A model generated the notes under the pieces. It saw only the letters and a list, made by a program, of their open reading frames with translations. It did not search any database and had not been told where the DNA came from. A stretch of DNA of 64,000 bases from Candidatus Aenigmatarchaeota archaeon (GTDB lineage: Archaea; Aenigmatarchaeota; Aenigmatarchaeia; CG10238-14; SCSR01): assembly GCA_039000165.1 (NCBI GenBank), contig JAWBTW010000001.1:13179-77178 (forward strand), given 5' to 3'. Shown piece after piece: positions 18,682 through 29,519 of this stretch. Positions within the stretch are counted from its first letter, which is position 1; every line of letters begins with the position of its first letter. Both the position numbers and the translations under genes were made by a program.

Positions 18682-20361
18682 GTGATTAATTTCGAGAAAG
18701 AAAGATGGCTTGTAACAGCAGCTTTACCTTATGTGAACAATATCCCACATGTAGGTAACATAGTAGGTTCTCATTTACCAGCAGATATTTTTGCAAGATT
18801 TCTGAGACTTTTTGGTTACGATGTTGTTTTCGTTGGTGGTACTGATGAGCATGGTTCACCAACAGAAGTTGCAGCTTTTAAAGCTGGTTTAAGCCCAAAG
18901 GATTTTTGTGATAAACTATACGAAGTTCATAAGCTTATTTATGACTGGTTTGGCATAAGCTACGATAACTTTTCTAGAACTTCTAAAGAGATAAACCATA
19001 AAGTTACGACTGAAATTTTTTTGAGATTGCTTAAGAACGGATTTATAATAAGGAAGAAACTTTTGCTTCCTTATTGCCCTGTAGATAAAAGATTTTTACC
19101 CGATAGATGGATAGAAGGCACATGCCCTTATTGTGGTTATAAACCTGCAAGAGGCGATCAATGTGAATCTTGTACTCGTTTGCTTGATCCTTCTGAACTT
19201 ATAGAACCTTATTGTATAATTTGTAAAAACAAACCAGAAATAAAAGAAGTTGAGCATTTATTCTTAGACTTGCCAAAACTTGAAAAGCAACTTGAAGAAT
19301 GGATAAAAGGAAACAAGCATTGGAAGCCTAACGTGAGAAATTTAGCTTTATCTTGGATAAAAGAAGGTTTAAAACCAAGATGCATTTCAAGAGATTTAAA
19401 ATGGGGGATTCAAATTCCTCTAGAAGGATTCAAGGATAAAGTTTTCTATTGCTGGTTTGATGCTCCTATTGGTTACATTTCTTCAACAGTTGAATGGGCT
19501 GAAAAAGTTGGTAAGCCAGAAGAATGGAGAAAGTATTGGCAGGAAAAAGGTTCAAAAATAGTTCATTTTATAGGAAAGGATAATATTGTTTTTCATACGA
19601 TAATTTGGCCTGCTATTTTGATGGGGACCGGAGAGTTTAATCTTCCTTATCAAGTTGGTGGCCTAGAGTTTTTGAATTATGAAGGGGATAAAATTTCAAA
19701 AAGTAGAAACTGGGGAGTTTTTCTAGATGTTGAGAATAGTAAGGTTATAGTAAAGGTTGGTGATAAGAAAATAGATATAGAGCCTGATTATTTAAGGTTT
19801 TACTTAAGCTTGATAATGCCTGAGACAAAAGATTCAAATTTTGTTTGGAAAGAATTTGAAAAAAAGGTTAACGCTGAGCTTGTTGGTAATTTTGGGAATC
19901 TTGTTTTTAGAGTTTTGATTTTCGTTAGAAACAATTTTAATTCTACAGTTCCTGAGCCTGAAAAGTTGGGAAGAAAAGAAAACAATCTAATTAAAAAGAT
20001 AACTACTACAAAAAATTCTGTGAAAGAACTTGTTTTGCAACTTAAGTTTAGAGACGCTTTGAAAAAGATTTTAAGTTTAAGTAAAGCTGGTAATGCTTAC
20101 TTCCAAAGCAAAAAGCCTTGGGAAACTCTTAAGGAAAATCCTGAAGATTGTAGAACAACCTTATTTGTTAGCGTGCATCTAGTTAAAGCTTTAGCTGTGC
20201 TTCTCGAACCTTTTATTCCTTTTACTTCTGAGAAAATTTGGTCTCAGCTTAACTTAGAAGGTTCAGTCCACAAACAAGATTTTGATAGCTTAGACAAACT
20301 TGATATTCAACCTGGACATAAAATTGGAAAAGTTGAGCCTTTGTTCAAGAAATTTGAGTAA
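18682..20361 (+). CDS. metG: Methionyl-tRNA synthetase, catalytic core
   Basis: HIGH-type PHVGN, KMSKS-type KISKS and Zn knuckles CPYCGY...CESC. Confidence 0.9.
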   Translation: MINFEKERWLVTAALPYVNNIPHVGNIVGSHLPADIFARFLRLFGYDVVFVGGTDEHGSPTEVAAFKAGLSPKDFCDKLYEVHKLIYDWFGISYDNFSRTSKEINHKVTTEIFLRLLKNGFIIRKKLLLPYCPVDKRFLPDRWIEGTCPYCGYKPARGDQCESCTRLLDPSELIEPYCIICKNKPEIKEVEHLFLDLPKLEKQLEEWIKGNKHWKPNVRNLALSWIKEGLKPRCISRDLKWGIQIPLEGFKDKVFYCWFDAPIGYISSTVEWAEKVGKPEEWRKYWQEKGSKIVHFIGKDNIVFHTIIWPAILMGTGEFNLPYQVGGLEFLNYEGDKISKSRNWGVFLDVENSKVIVKVGDKKIDIEPDYLRFYLSLIMPETKDSNFVWKEFEKKVNAELVGNFGNLVFRVLIFVRNNFNSTVPEPEKLGRKENNLIKKITTTKNSVKELVLQLKFRDALKKILSLSKAGNAYFQSKKPWETLKENPEDCRTTLFVSVHLVKALAVLLEPFIPFTSEKIWSQLNLEGSVHKQDFDSLDKLDIQPGHKIGKVEPLFKKFE

Positions 20362-20394
20362 AAGATTTAAAAATAAAACAAGAAATAAAATAGC

Positions 20395-20724
20395 ATGACA
20401 GAGATATCTTTCGCTCAATTTAAAGAGCTTGACCTAAGAGTAGGGAAAGTTTTGGAAGCAGAGCAAATACCAAACTCAAGGAATTTAATTAAACTAATAG
20501 TTGATTTTGGAACAGAAAAAAGGCAAGCAGTTGCTGGGCTTGTTGGTTATTATAAACCTGAGGAACTTGTTGGAAACAAGTATGTTTTCATCCTTAACCT
20601 GGAAAGGAAAAAGTTTTTTGGAATAGAAAGTCAATGTATGATTCTTGCTGCAGAAGATAGTAAAGGAAATGTGGTTTTGATAAAGCCAGAAAAAGATATA
20701 GAAGAAGGAAGTAAGATAACTTAA
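20395..20724 (+). CDS. Stand-alone tRNA-binding domain protein (Trbp111/EMAP-II-like; the C-terminal domain of MetRS encoded separately)
   Basis: FAQFKELDLRVGKVLEAEQIPNS...AGLVGYY motif; own ATG after a 33-nt spacer. Confidence 0.7.
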   Translation: MTEISFAQFKELDLRVGKVLEAEQIPNSRNLIKLIVDFGTEKRQAVAGLVGYYKPEELVGNKYVFILNLERKKFFGIESQCMILAAEDSKGNVVLIKPEKDIEEGSKIT

Positions 20725-20851
20725 GTTTGCTTCTAGATAATAAAGGTTTAGACAAGCATAAATTTTATGCTTTAGAGAGAGGAAATAGAAGAATTAGTGA
20801 AAAGGCTGAACGAGTTTTTACTTTAAATTTTCTTAAATCAAAAAAATTTAT

Positions 20852-21322
20852 ATGAAGAAAGTTAGGGATTTCATGAATTATAACGTTATTTTTGTAAGTC
20901 CTGAAGACTCAATTTTTGAGGCTGCAAAAATTTTCTGTGAGAAAAACATTTCCGGAGCTCCAGTAGTAGAAGAAGGAAAAGTTGTCGGAGTGATAAGCAT
21001 TTCCGATATAATAAGGTTTGTTAGTATGAAATTAAAAAAAGCAGACTTGACACAAATTCCTTCGCTAAGCTTGCTTTTGTTCGATTTCATAAAGAGCAGT
21101 AAAGAATACTTACAAATGAAAAAAGAAATAAACAAGATTTTGAAAGTTAAGGTAAGAGATGTTATGAGTAAGGAAGTTGTTTCAATAAACCCAGAAGCTA
21201 GCTTAATAGAGGCAGCTTCGCTGATGGAAAAAAATGATGTTAATAGGTTACCCGTAATAGAAAATGAAAAGCTTGTTGGAATAATAGCTAGAGAAGACTT
21301 GATAAAAGCTCTTATAGAATAA
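20852..21322 (+). CDS. CBS-domain pair protein
   Basis: Two CBS motifs (GAPVVEEGKVVGVISISDII and NRLPVIENEKLVGIIAREDL). Confidence 0.75.
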   Translation: MKKVRDFMNYNVIFVSPEDSIFEAAKIFCEKNISGAPVVEEGKVVGVISISDIIRFVSMKLKKADLTQIPSLSLLLFDFIKSSKEYLQMKKEINKILKVKVRDVMSKEVVSINPEASLIEAASLMEKNDVNRLPVIENEKLVGIIAREDLIKALIE

Positions 21323-22660
21323 AAGGAATCCTTCTACTTTTTGGAATCATATTTTTTATACCTTGCTCAGTAAGCAAACTACTTCCAAGTATTTTATCCT
21401 TGAATTTAACTATGACAAAGTTGTGATATTCACAGTTTATTTTTTTCTCTGGCTTAACATCTAAGCCTTGCATAAATTTTAAAGCATTTTCTTGGTTTAA
21501 AATCACTATGTTTTTTGTTGCATTTTTACCAACAATTTGTGAACCTTCTATGGTTAAATGAATTTTCTCATTTCTCTTTAATTTACCAAAGTTAAATCCT
21601 AGGGAATTAACTTGAAGTTTTGAAAAATCAAAATTTAAAACTTCTTTGCTTGTTAGCCAAATTTTTTCTTCCTTATCTTTTGCTACACCAAAATCTTTTA
21701 AACTAACTTTTGTTCCGTAATTTTTCTCCAAAATTCTCTCTAATTCTTCTATCTCTTCTCTACCTAGAAAAGTCATTTTCTTAGTTTGCATACAAAAAAT
21801 CCCTCTGTTTTTTGAGAAGGAATGATTCTTAAAGCTTTAGCCAAAGATTTATCGAACTCTTTTTCTTCAAACGTGGTTAAACCTTTAATACAGGGAAATT
21901 TAAGCTTTATTTCTTCTACTTTTAAACCAAGTGTTTTAATCGCAAAATCTATAACCTCTTCGTTTTCCATCGGTTCTATAGAACAAGTTGAATAAACTAA
22001 AGTTCCGTTCTCTTTCAAACATTTGGAAGCAGAAATTATCAGTTTTTTTTGCAAATTTTGTAAAGCTTTTATACTTGTTAAACTTGTTTGTTGAAATATT
22101 CTTTCCTTAAGTTGACCTGTACCTGAGCATGGCACATCTAAAAGAATTTTGTCAAATTTTAAGCCAAGTTTCCAAAACCTTTCTCCAAAATGTATAGTTA
22201 TTATTGTGTTAGCCACTCCGCATCTTTGCAAGTTTCCTCTCAGAGCTTTTATTCTCTTGTAGGTTATGTCGTTAGCGATTATTACTCCCTTGTTTTCCAT
22301 CATAGCAGCAATCTGGGTTGTTTTTGCTCCAGGAGCTGCGCATAAGTCAAGAATTATTTCTTCAGGCTTAGGTTCTAGAACTAAAGGAGGAATCATGCTA
22401 GAAGCATTTTGAATAAAAAAATAGCCTAGAACATGCTCTATAGTTTTTGCTAAATTTTCTTTAGTTTTTACCCAAAAACCTTCTTTTATCCAAGGTATTT
22501 TTTCGTATTCAAAACCTTTTTCTTCAAAAAATTTAATTGCTTCGTCTACCGAAAACTTTAAAGTATTTATTCTAACATGCCACAAAGGTAGAAAAGGTTC
22601 AGCAAATTTTTCTTTAAAGCCTGGATAGATTTTTTCATATCTTTCTAGTTCTAAGGTCAT
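21312..22660 (-). CDS. NOL1/NOP2/Sun-family RNA (cytosine-C5)-methyltransferase. The catalytic part (21773-22660) and a C-terminal extension (21312-21791) are separated by an apparent frameshift at the T4 run 21776-21779.
   Basis: LDLCAAPGAKTT, DVPCSGTG and TCSIEP motifs. Adding one A to the minus-strand run gives an in-frame fusion (...CKLRKMTFLGREE...). Confidence 0.7.
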
Positions 22661-22793
22661 AAAATTAAGTAAGATTTTTTATTATTTTAAATCAATTAAT
22701 TATTAGAAAGATTAAGGTTGAAAAAGGCGTGTTCAAGATTACTGAAGTAACTATCCAGTGCGAAAAGGTTTAGAATATTTTTGTTGATCAAAA

Positions 22794-23021
22794 ATGAGAG
22801 GGGAATATGCTGAGCTTACATGTCCATTTTGTGATAAGGGAAGAATACGAGCGTGGTATATTCCAGGAGCAATAAGTGTTAAGAGAGGAAGCTGTAGAAG
22901 CTTACCAAGGTTTACAAAACACAAAAGCCCAGACGTTTGGATAATAAAATCTGGTTGCGAAGTTTGTGGTAAGTCGCAAGAGGAAGTTGAAAAAGAATTG
23001 AGGAGAAAGGGGATTATCTAG
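22794..23021 (+). CDS. Small zinc-ribbon protein (two CxxC pairs)
   Basis: CPFCDKG...CEVCGKS. Confidence 0.45.
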   Translation: MRGEYAELTCPFCDKGRIRAWYIPGAISVKRGSCRSLPRFTKHKSPDVWIIKSGCEVCGKSQEEVEKELRRKGII

Positions 23022-23190
23022 AAAGTTTTTTCCAAGCATAGCTAAGAGTTTCGTAAAGAACAGTGCAGCCCCCATAGACTACAAAAGAAGCAAGAATATC
23101 CTTTAGAGCTTCAGGATTTTTAGAGGCATAATAGCTTAAATAACCTAAGGCACAAGCTCCAGCGAGGTAACCTAAGTGTCTTAGCTTCAT
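23014..23190 (-). CDS. Possible small hydrophobic protein (59 aa)
   Basis: ATG-initiated ORF of 59 aa below the ORF-track cutoff; composition is coding-like. Confidence 0.2.
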   Translation of the reverse strand: MKLRHLGYLAGACALGYLSYYASKNPEALKDILASFVVYGGCTVLYETLSYAWKKLSR

Positions 23191-23221
23191 GATTAAGAGT
23201 TAAAAAGAAAACTATAAAAAA

Positions 23222-23887
23222 TTATCGAACAATTTTAAGTAATTCTTCTATACTTTTAATTTCAAAATCTGCTCTTCCTCTTTCTTTTCTTTCTTGTCCA
23301 TACTTTGCAAGTACAGTTTTGATTCCAAGCTTTTTCGCTGGTTTTATGTCTCTTTCTACAGAATCCCCGACTAAAAGAACTTCTTCTGGCTTAAGTTCAA
23401 GTTTTTTTAAAGCAAGTTTCAAAGGTTCTAGGCTTGTTTTTTCTTTTCCTGTATCCTCTTTTCCTATGAGAAAATCAAAGTATTCATCTATTCCCAAAGC
23501 CAGAACTCTTTGATAAGCCTTTAATTTGGGGGCATCAGTAACTATTGCAAGCTTCAAACCAAGCTTTCTTAATTTCCTCAAAGTTTGCTTAACCTTTGGA
23601 TAAGGCTTTAGGAATTTTTGTTTTTTCTCAAGGTAAGCATTTATTCCAGCCGCTAAGATTTTCTCGTTCAAAAAACCTTGGCTTTCCAAAAATTTTTCAA
23701 AAGCTTTGTCTGATTCTATCCCAACTTTAAAATAGGTTTCCATAAGTTTTTTGTAAGCTTTTTTGAAAGGAAGTCTCAAACCATTTTTTATCATTGCTTT
23801 TACAGCTGCCTTACAAGCTTCTTGCTTCATTTTTATAAAATCTATTAGAGTATTGTCCAAATCAAAAATTATTGCCTTGATTTTCAT
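23222..23887 (-). CDS. HAD-superfamily hydrolase (haloacid-dehalogenase-like phosphatase)
   Basis: IIFDLDNTL, TDAPK and VGDSVERDI motifs. Confidence 0.7.
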   Translation of the reverse strand: MKIKAIIFDLDNTLIDFIKMKQEACKAAVKAMIKNGLRLPFKKAYKKLMETYFKVGIESDKAFEKFLESQGFLNEKILAAGINAYLEKKQKFLKPYPKVKQTLRKLRKLGLKLAIVTDAPKLKAYQRVLALGIDEYFDFLIGKEDTGKEKTSLEPLKLALKKLELKPEEVLLVGDSVERDIKPAKKLGIKTVLAKYGQERKERGRADFEIKSIEELLKIVR

Positions 23888-23919
23888 AAACTTTATTTTT
23901 AAATCAAATCTAATTAAGA

Positions 23920-24375
23920 TTACGTAACGTCTTCCCTTGTAAAAATCCTTTCACAAAAGTAACATCTTAACCTTAAAGGTTCTTTTTCCTCCACCACAAA
24001 CTTTGTTTCTACTTCCTCATAATTTGTTATACAGTTTTTGTTTGGGCATTTAATTACACCTTCCAAAATTTCTGGCAAGGAAATTTTTCTTTTTTCAACA
24101 ACTTCCCAATTTCTTATTATGTTTAGAGTTGCAGAAGGGGCTATCAAAGCAATTCTACTCACTTCTTTTTCGGTTAATTCTCGGTTTTCAACTTTAACTA
24201 CATCTTTTTTTCCTAGTTTTTTGCTTGGAACGTTCATTAAAATTACGCTGATAGAATTATTTTCTTCTAGGTTTAAAAGGGACGCAACCTTTAACCCCAG
24301 ATTGGCTGGAATGTGATCTATCACTGTACCGTTTTCTATTTTCCTTACAAGCAATTCTTTCTCGCTCATGGACAT
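23920..24375 (-). CDS. pyrI: Aspartate carbamoyltransferase regulatory subunit
   Basis: C-terminal Zn domain CPNKNC...CYFCER. Confidence 0.85.
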   Translation of the reverse strand: MSMSEKELLVRKIENGTVIDHIPANLGLKVASLLNLEENNSISVILMNVPSKKLGKKDVVKVENRELTEKEVSRIALIAPSATLNIIRNWEVVEKRKISLPEILEGVIKCPNKNCITNYEEVETKFVVEEKEPLRLRCYFCERIFTREDVT

Positions 24376-25289
24376 ACCAGATTCAAAACAGCCATTCTTA
24401 CAGGAATTCCATAATAAACTTGCTCAAAATACTTTGCCTTTTTTGTTTTATCTATACTTGGCTCTATCTCACTAGTTTTTGGCAGAGCATGCAATATTAC
24501 AACATCTTCCTTAGTTTTTTCAAGGATTCGCGGAGTTATCTTAAAGCTCTTTTGAATCTTTTCTGCTTCATAAACATCTTCAAACCTTTCCTTCTGAATC
24601 CTGCAAACATAAATTACATCAGCGTTTTTTATTCCTGAGATTATGTTGTCTGTTTGGATTATATCAGCGTCAAACTTTTTCAAAATTTCCATTATAAATT
24701 CTTCTGGAAATTCTAAACCGATAGGTGAAACTAAGGTTAAACTAACTTTAAACATAGCTAAAGCGTAAGCAAGACTTTTCATAACTCTTCCGTGCTTTAA
24801 ATCTCCAACCAAAGCAACGTTTAAACCTTCTATTCTTCCCTTTAATTTTTTGATAGTATATAAGTCTAAAAGAGTTTGGGTAGGATGTTGATTTGCTCCA
24901 TCACCTGCATTTATCACAGGCTTTTCTGAAATTTCTGCTGCAAGCCTTGCAGCACCTTCTTTTGGATGGCGAATAACCATTACGTTACAATATTTCTCTA
25001 CTGTTCTAATCGTATCGATTAAGGTTTCACCTTTTGCTATAGAAGTTCCTTCAATACTTTCAAAACCTATCACGCTGCCACCAAGCTTTTGCATCGCACT
25101 TGCAAAAGAAAGCCTTGTCCTTGTGCTTGGCTCAAAGAATAAGTTTGCAAGAATTTTTCCTTTCAGTAAATCTAGACAACCTTTTTCAGCAAGCAATGAT
25201 TCCATTCTTTCTGCTTCCTCAAGAATTTTTTCTATTTCTCTTTTTTCTAAATCTCTTATCGATATAATATCTTTTCCTTTGAAATTCAT
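24366..25289 (-). CDS. pyrB: Aspartate carbamoyltransferase catalytic subunit
   Basis: STRTR and HPTQ motifs, 307 aa. Confidence 0.9.
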   Translation of the reverse strand: MNFKGKDIISIRDLEKREIEKILEEAERMESLLAEKGCLDLLKGKILANLFFEPSTRTRLSFASAMQKLGGSVIGFESIEGTSIAKGETLIDTIRTVEKYCNVMVIRHPKEGAARLAAEISEKPVINAGDGANQHPTQTLLDLYTIKKLKGRIEGLNVALVGDLKHGRVMKSLAYALAMFKVSLTLVSPIGLEFPEEFIMEILKKFDADIIQTDNIISGIKNADVIYVCRIQKERFEDVYEAEKIQKSFKITPRILEKTKEDVVILHALPKTSEIEPSIDKTKKAKYFEQVYYGIPVRMAVLNLVCP

Positions 25290-28200
25290 ACTAACGCCCT
25301 TAAAAGCCTTTCAAGTAAGTTAAAGTTTGTGATCAAAGGAATTCCAAATTCTACAGCCTTTCTTCTTAAATAATATTCTAAATCACTCTCTTCTGAAGGT
25401 ACGTTTATCACTAGCTTTATTTCTTTGTTAGCTAGCAAATCTAATACCTCTTCTTTTATTTCTCTTGCGTGGAATAAATAGTTAAAGTTTTGGTAAATAC
25501 TTGAAGGGACAAAAACTTGGAATCCTTTATTTTCGAGCAACCTTCCTATCTCTGCTCCTAAGCTGTTGTTTGAGATTAATAAAACTTTGTCACCTGGCTT
25601 TGGTATATTAATACCGCTTGCCATCAAAGATTTAATAAAAGCTTCCTCAAAACTTTGACCAAAGCAGGCTACTTCTCCTGTAGAAACCATTTCAACGCTT
25701 AGTATAGGATCTGCTTTTTCTAGACGCATAAAAGAGAACTGTGGTGACTTTACTCCATACTTCTTAGGAACTTTTTCTCCATCAAGAATCTCTTCTCCAA
25801 AAATTGCTTTAGCAGCTAGTTCCATCAAGTTTATTCCTATTGTTTTTGAGACAAAAGGCATGCTTCTACTTGCTCTTAAGTTGCATTCAATAACGTAAGC
25901 TTCATTATCCTTAACAAGGAACTGAACGTTAAAAGGGCCAATAATCTTAAGTTTTCTTGCTATGTTTTTTACATAAACCCTAATCTTTCTTTTTATTTCT
26001 TCGCTTAAACTTATAGGAGGAATTGTCATGGTAGCGTCGCCTGAATGAACTCCTGCTTGTTCGATATGCTCAATTATTGCTCCTATGAAAACGTTTTCTC
26101 CATCACTTACTCCGTCAACTTCAACCTCTTTTGCTCCTTCTATAAACTTCGAAACAACAACAGGGTACTCTCTTGAAACTTTCGAAGCAAGTTTCAGGTA
26201 TTCTTCTAGTTCTTTTTCATTTTTTGCAACTTTCATGGCAGAACCTGAAAGGACGTAAGAAGGCCTGATCAAAACAGGATAGCCAAAATCTTGAGCAAAC
26301 TCTTTTACTTTATCTATACTTTCAGCCTTGCACCATTCTGGTTGAGGAATTCTTAATTCGTTTAGCAAAGAGCTAAACTTTGCTCTATCTTCAGCTCTAT
26401 CTATGCTTTCTGCGCTTGTTCCAAGAAGTTTTACACCAAAGCTTGCAAGTTTCAAAGCTAAGTTGTTTGGAATTTGACCACCAACGCTTACTACTACTCC
26501 TAAAGGATTTTCCTTTTCAACTATATCCAAAACTCTTTCTAGGGTTAATTCCTCAAAGTAAAGTTTGTCCAAAACGTCAAAATCTGTAGAAACGGTTTCT
26601 GGGTTATAGTTTATCATTATAACTTCATCAACCTTATTTTTTAAAGCCCAGGCCATGTTCACGCAGCACCAGTCAAACTCTACGCTTGAACCAATTCTAT
26701 AACAACCTGAACCAAGAACAATTGCTTTTGTTTTGTTTGGAAATTCTATATCATCCTTTTCGCCATTATAAGTTAGGTAAAGGTAATTTGTTTGAGCAGG
26801 CCACTCAGCCGCTAGCGTATCTATTTGTTTTACTACAGGCAAAATTCCAAAAGATTTTCTTTTTTCTCTAACTTCTTTCTCACTTATTCCCAAAAGTTGG
26901 GCGATTTTCTTGTCAGAAAAGCCAAGCTTTTTCATTTCTCTTAAGCTTTCTTTGTCTAAACTCTTGAAATTTCTTTCAGCTTCAACTATTTCTTTTATTT
27001 TAAACAAGAACCATTTGTCTATTCCTGTGAGCTGGTAAATTTCTTCTATTTCCATCCCTTTTTGTATAGCTTTGACTATGTAGAAAAGTCTTTGGTCTGT
27101 CGGGTTTTCCAATTCTTCTTTTATTCTTTCTAAATCCTCTTCTAAATCTTGAGTATCAGTAAGCTCTTTTCCTATATCAAGCATTCTAACTGCTTTTTGC
27201 AAGGCTTCTTCAAACCTTCTTCCTATTGCCATTACTTCACCTACAGATTTCATTTGAGTTCCTATTCTTCTGCTAACTTTCCTAAACTTTTGAAAATCCC
27301 ATCTAGGAATTTTAACAACTATGTAATCCAAAGCAGGTTCGAAGCATGCAGTAGTAACTCCAGTAACTTTGTTTTTAAGCTCTGGTAAAGTATAACCTAG
27401 AGCAAGCTTAGCAGCTATATAAGCTATAGGGTAGCCTGTAGCCTTTGAAGCTAAGGCAGAACTTCTTGAAAGTCTTGGATTAACTTCTATAACTCTAAAC
27501 TCTTCGTTTTTCGGGTTAAGAGCAAATTGAATGTTGCATTCCCCTATAATTTTTAAAGCTCTTACTACTTTGAAGCTTACGCTTCTTAGTAAATGATATT
27601 CTCTGTTTGTCAAAGTTTGGGAAGGAGCAACAACTATACTATCGCCAGTATGAATTCCCATGGGGTCAAAATTTTCCATATTGCAAACTATTGCGCAATT
27701 ATCTTCACAATCTCTCATCACTTCATACTCAACTTCCTTCCATTTTCCTAAGTATTCTTCTATTAAAACTTGTTTTATTCTGCTGTGAGCTAAGCCACGA
27801 GAAACAATTTCTTTAAGCTGGTTTTCATCATAGGCTACGCCTGTTCCTTGGCCGCCAAGAGTATAAGCTACCCTTACCATTACAGGATAGCCTATTTTAT
27901 TAGCAACTTCTATAGCTTCTTCTATACTATTTGCTTTCCCGCTTCTTGGAACAGGAATTTTATTTTCAGTTAAAATTCTTCTGAATTTTTCTCTGTTACT
28001 TGCGTTTTCTATTGCTTCTACACTAGTTCCCAAAACTCTTACGTTATACTTTTCATAAACCCCTCTTTCAAAAAGTTCAACTCCGCAATTCAAAGCAGTT
28101 TGGCCACCAAAAGTTAAAAGAATTCCATCTGGCCTTTCTTCTTCTATCACTTTTTCGACAAAATCCGGAGTAATTGGTAAGAAATAAACTTTATCCACAA

Positions 28201-28378
28201 ACCTCTCATCAGTTTGAATTGTTGCAACATTTGGATTAACAAGAATTACTTTTATTCCTTCTTCTTTTAAGGCTTTTATTGCTTGCGCTCCTGAATAATC
28301 AAACTCCCCAGCTTCACCTATTTTTATAGCTCCTGAACCAAGGATTAAAACTTTATTTATTCCTTTTAGCCTTGGCAT
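25286..28378 (-). CDS. carB: Carbamoyl-phosphate synthase large subunit
   Basis: 1030 aa with duplicated ATP-grasp halves. Confidence 0.9.
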   Translation of the reverse strand: MPRLKGINKVLILGSGAIKIGEAGEFDYSGAQAIKALKEEGIKVILVNPNVATIQTDERFVDKVYFLPITPDFVEKVIEEERPDGILLTFGGQTALNCGVELFERGVYEKYNVRVLGTSVEAIENASNREKFRRILTENKIPVPRSGKANSIEEAIEVANKIGYPVMVRVAYTLGGQGTGVAYDENQLKEIVSRGLAHSRIKQVLIEEYLGKWKEVEYEVMRDCEDNCAIVCNMENFDPMGIHTGDSIVVAPSQTLTNREYHLLRSVSFKVVRALKIIGECNIQFALNPKNEEFRVIEVNPRLSRSSALASKATGYPIAYIAAKLALGYTLPELKNKVTGVTTACFEPALDYIVVKIPRWDFQKFRKVSRRIGTQMKSVGEVMAIGRRFEEALQKAVRMLDIGKELTDTQDLEEDLERIKEELENPTDQRLFYIVKAIQKGMEIEEIYQLTGIDKWFLFKIKEIVEAERNFKSLDKESLREMKKLGFSDKKIAQLLGISEKEVREKRKSFGILPVVKQIDTLAAEWPAQTNYLYLTYNGEKDDIEFPNKTKAIVLGSGCYRIGSSVEFDWCCVNMAWALKNKVDEVIMINYNPETVSTDFDVLDKLYFEELTLERVLDIVEKENPLGVVVSVGGQIPNNLALKLASFGVKLLGTSAESIDRAEDRAKFSSLLNELRIPQPEWCKAESIDKVKEFAQDFGYPVLIRPSYVLSGSAMKVAKNEKELEEYLKLASKVSREYPVVVSKFIEGAKEVEVDGVSDGENVFIGAIIEHIEQAGVHSGDATMTIPPISLSEEIKRKIRVYVKNIARKLKIIGPFNVQFLVKDNEAYVIECNLRASRSMPFVSKTIGINLMELAAKAIFGEEILDGEKVPKKYGVKSPQFSFMRLEKADPILSVEMVSTGEVACFGQSFEEAFIKSLMASGINIPKPGDKVLLISNNSLGAEIGRLLENKGFQVFVPSSIYQNFNYLFHAREIKEEVLDLLANKEIKLVINVPSEESDLEYYLRRKAVEFGIPLITNFNLLERLLRALV

Positions 28379-29478
28379 TTTTTCACCTCTTTTAAGAACA
28401 AGTCAAAAAGGAATTCTGTGTCTAAAGGACCAGGAGAGGCTTCTGGATGGAATTGCACTCCGAAAATACTTTTTTTCTTGTGTTTTATTCCTTCTATTGT
28501 TTTATCGTTAGCGTTTATGAACCAAGGCTCAAAATCGGTTTCTTTCAAAGATTCTTCTTCTACAGCATAGCCATGGTTTTGACTTGTTATGTAGCATTTT
28601 TTTGTTTTCAAATCAATTACAGGGTGGTTTTGGCCTCTGTGACCAAACTTAAGTTTGTAAGTTTTTGCACCAGAAGCTAAGGCGAGAATTTGGTTTCCAA
28701 GGCAAATTCCCATTATCGGTAACTCAGTTTCTAAGAGTTTTTTCACTGTTTCTATGGTTTCTTTAACCATTTCTGGATTTCCTGGGCCGTTTGAAATAAC
28801 TATTCCGTTTGGTTCAAAGTCAAGAATTTTATCACAAGAAAAATTGTAAGGAACTCTTATCACACTAAAATTTCTTTCAAGCAGACTTCTTAAAATTCCG
28901 TATTTTGTCCCACAATCTATCAAAACAACTTTTCTTTTCCCAGAATTATATTCTATTGGCTTAGAAATACTAACCTCTTTAACCAAATTTCTTTTGTTTG
29001 GGTCCTCTATTTTATTCAGTTTTCCTTTTATTTCTTCTAAATCATAATCTCCAACTTTTAGAATTCCAAGCATAACTCCCTTTATTCTTAATTTTTTTGT
29101 TAGTTCACGAGTATCTATTCCTTCTATTCCTGGAATTTTTTGCTCATAAAGCCATTCTTCTAAACTTTTCTTACAAGTCCAGTGGCTTGGGTTTCTCTGA
29201 AGCTCAGAAATAACATAACCTTTAACTTTTATTCCTTCGGACTCGAAGTGCAAAGGAATCCCTTTTTCTTTTATAGAAAGGGAAGGTACTCCATAGCAAC
29301 CTATAAGAACATAAGTTTGAACAAGAATTTGACCGAAATAAGAAGGATCTGTTAAAGCTTCTGGGTAGCCTACCATTCCAGTATTAAAAACAACCTCACC
29401 AGAAACTTCACAAGGATAACCAAAGCCTTTCCCTTCAAGAATTGTTCCATCTTCAAGGGCTAAAATTGCTTTAACCAA
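28366..29478 (-). CDS. carA: Carbamoyl-phosphate synthase small (glutamine amidotransferase) subunit
   Basis: GATase motif GICLGNQ, 370 aa, overlaps the carB start. Confidence 0.9.
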   Translation of the reverse strand: MVKAILALEDGTILEGKGFGYPCEVSGEVVFNTGMVGYPEALTDPSYFGQILVQTYVLIGCYGVPSLSIKEKGIPLHFESEGIKVKGYVISELQRNPSHWTCKKSLEEWLYEQKIPGIEGIDTRELTKKLRIKGVMLGILKVGDYDLEEIKGKLNKIEDPNKRNLVKEVSISKPIEYNSGKRKVVLIDCGTKYGILRSLLERNFSVIRVPYNFSCDKILDFEPNGIVISNGPGNPEMVKETIETVKKLLETELPIMGICLGNQILALASGAKTYKLKFGHRGQNHPVIDLKTKKCYITSQNHGYAVEEESLKETDFEPWFINANDKTIEGIKHKKKSIFGVQFHPEASPGPLDTEFLFDLFLKEVKKCQG

Positions 29479-29519
29479 TGCCCACTCTTATTTTTGTTTT
29501 TTGAAGTATTTAAAATTAA

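Noticed and set aside
20361-20395. MetRS / tRNA-binding-domain split as another homopolymer frameshift
   Set aside because: There is a clean stop codon, a 33-nt spacer and an own ATG, with no homopolymer at the junction. It was retained as a genuine split (see findings).
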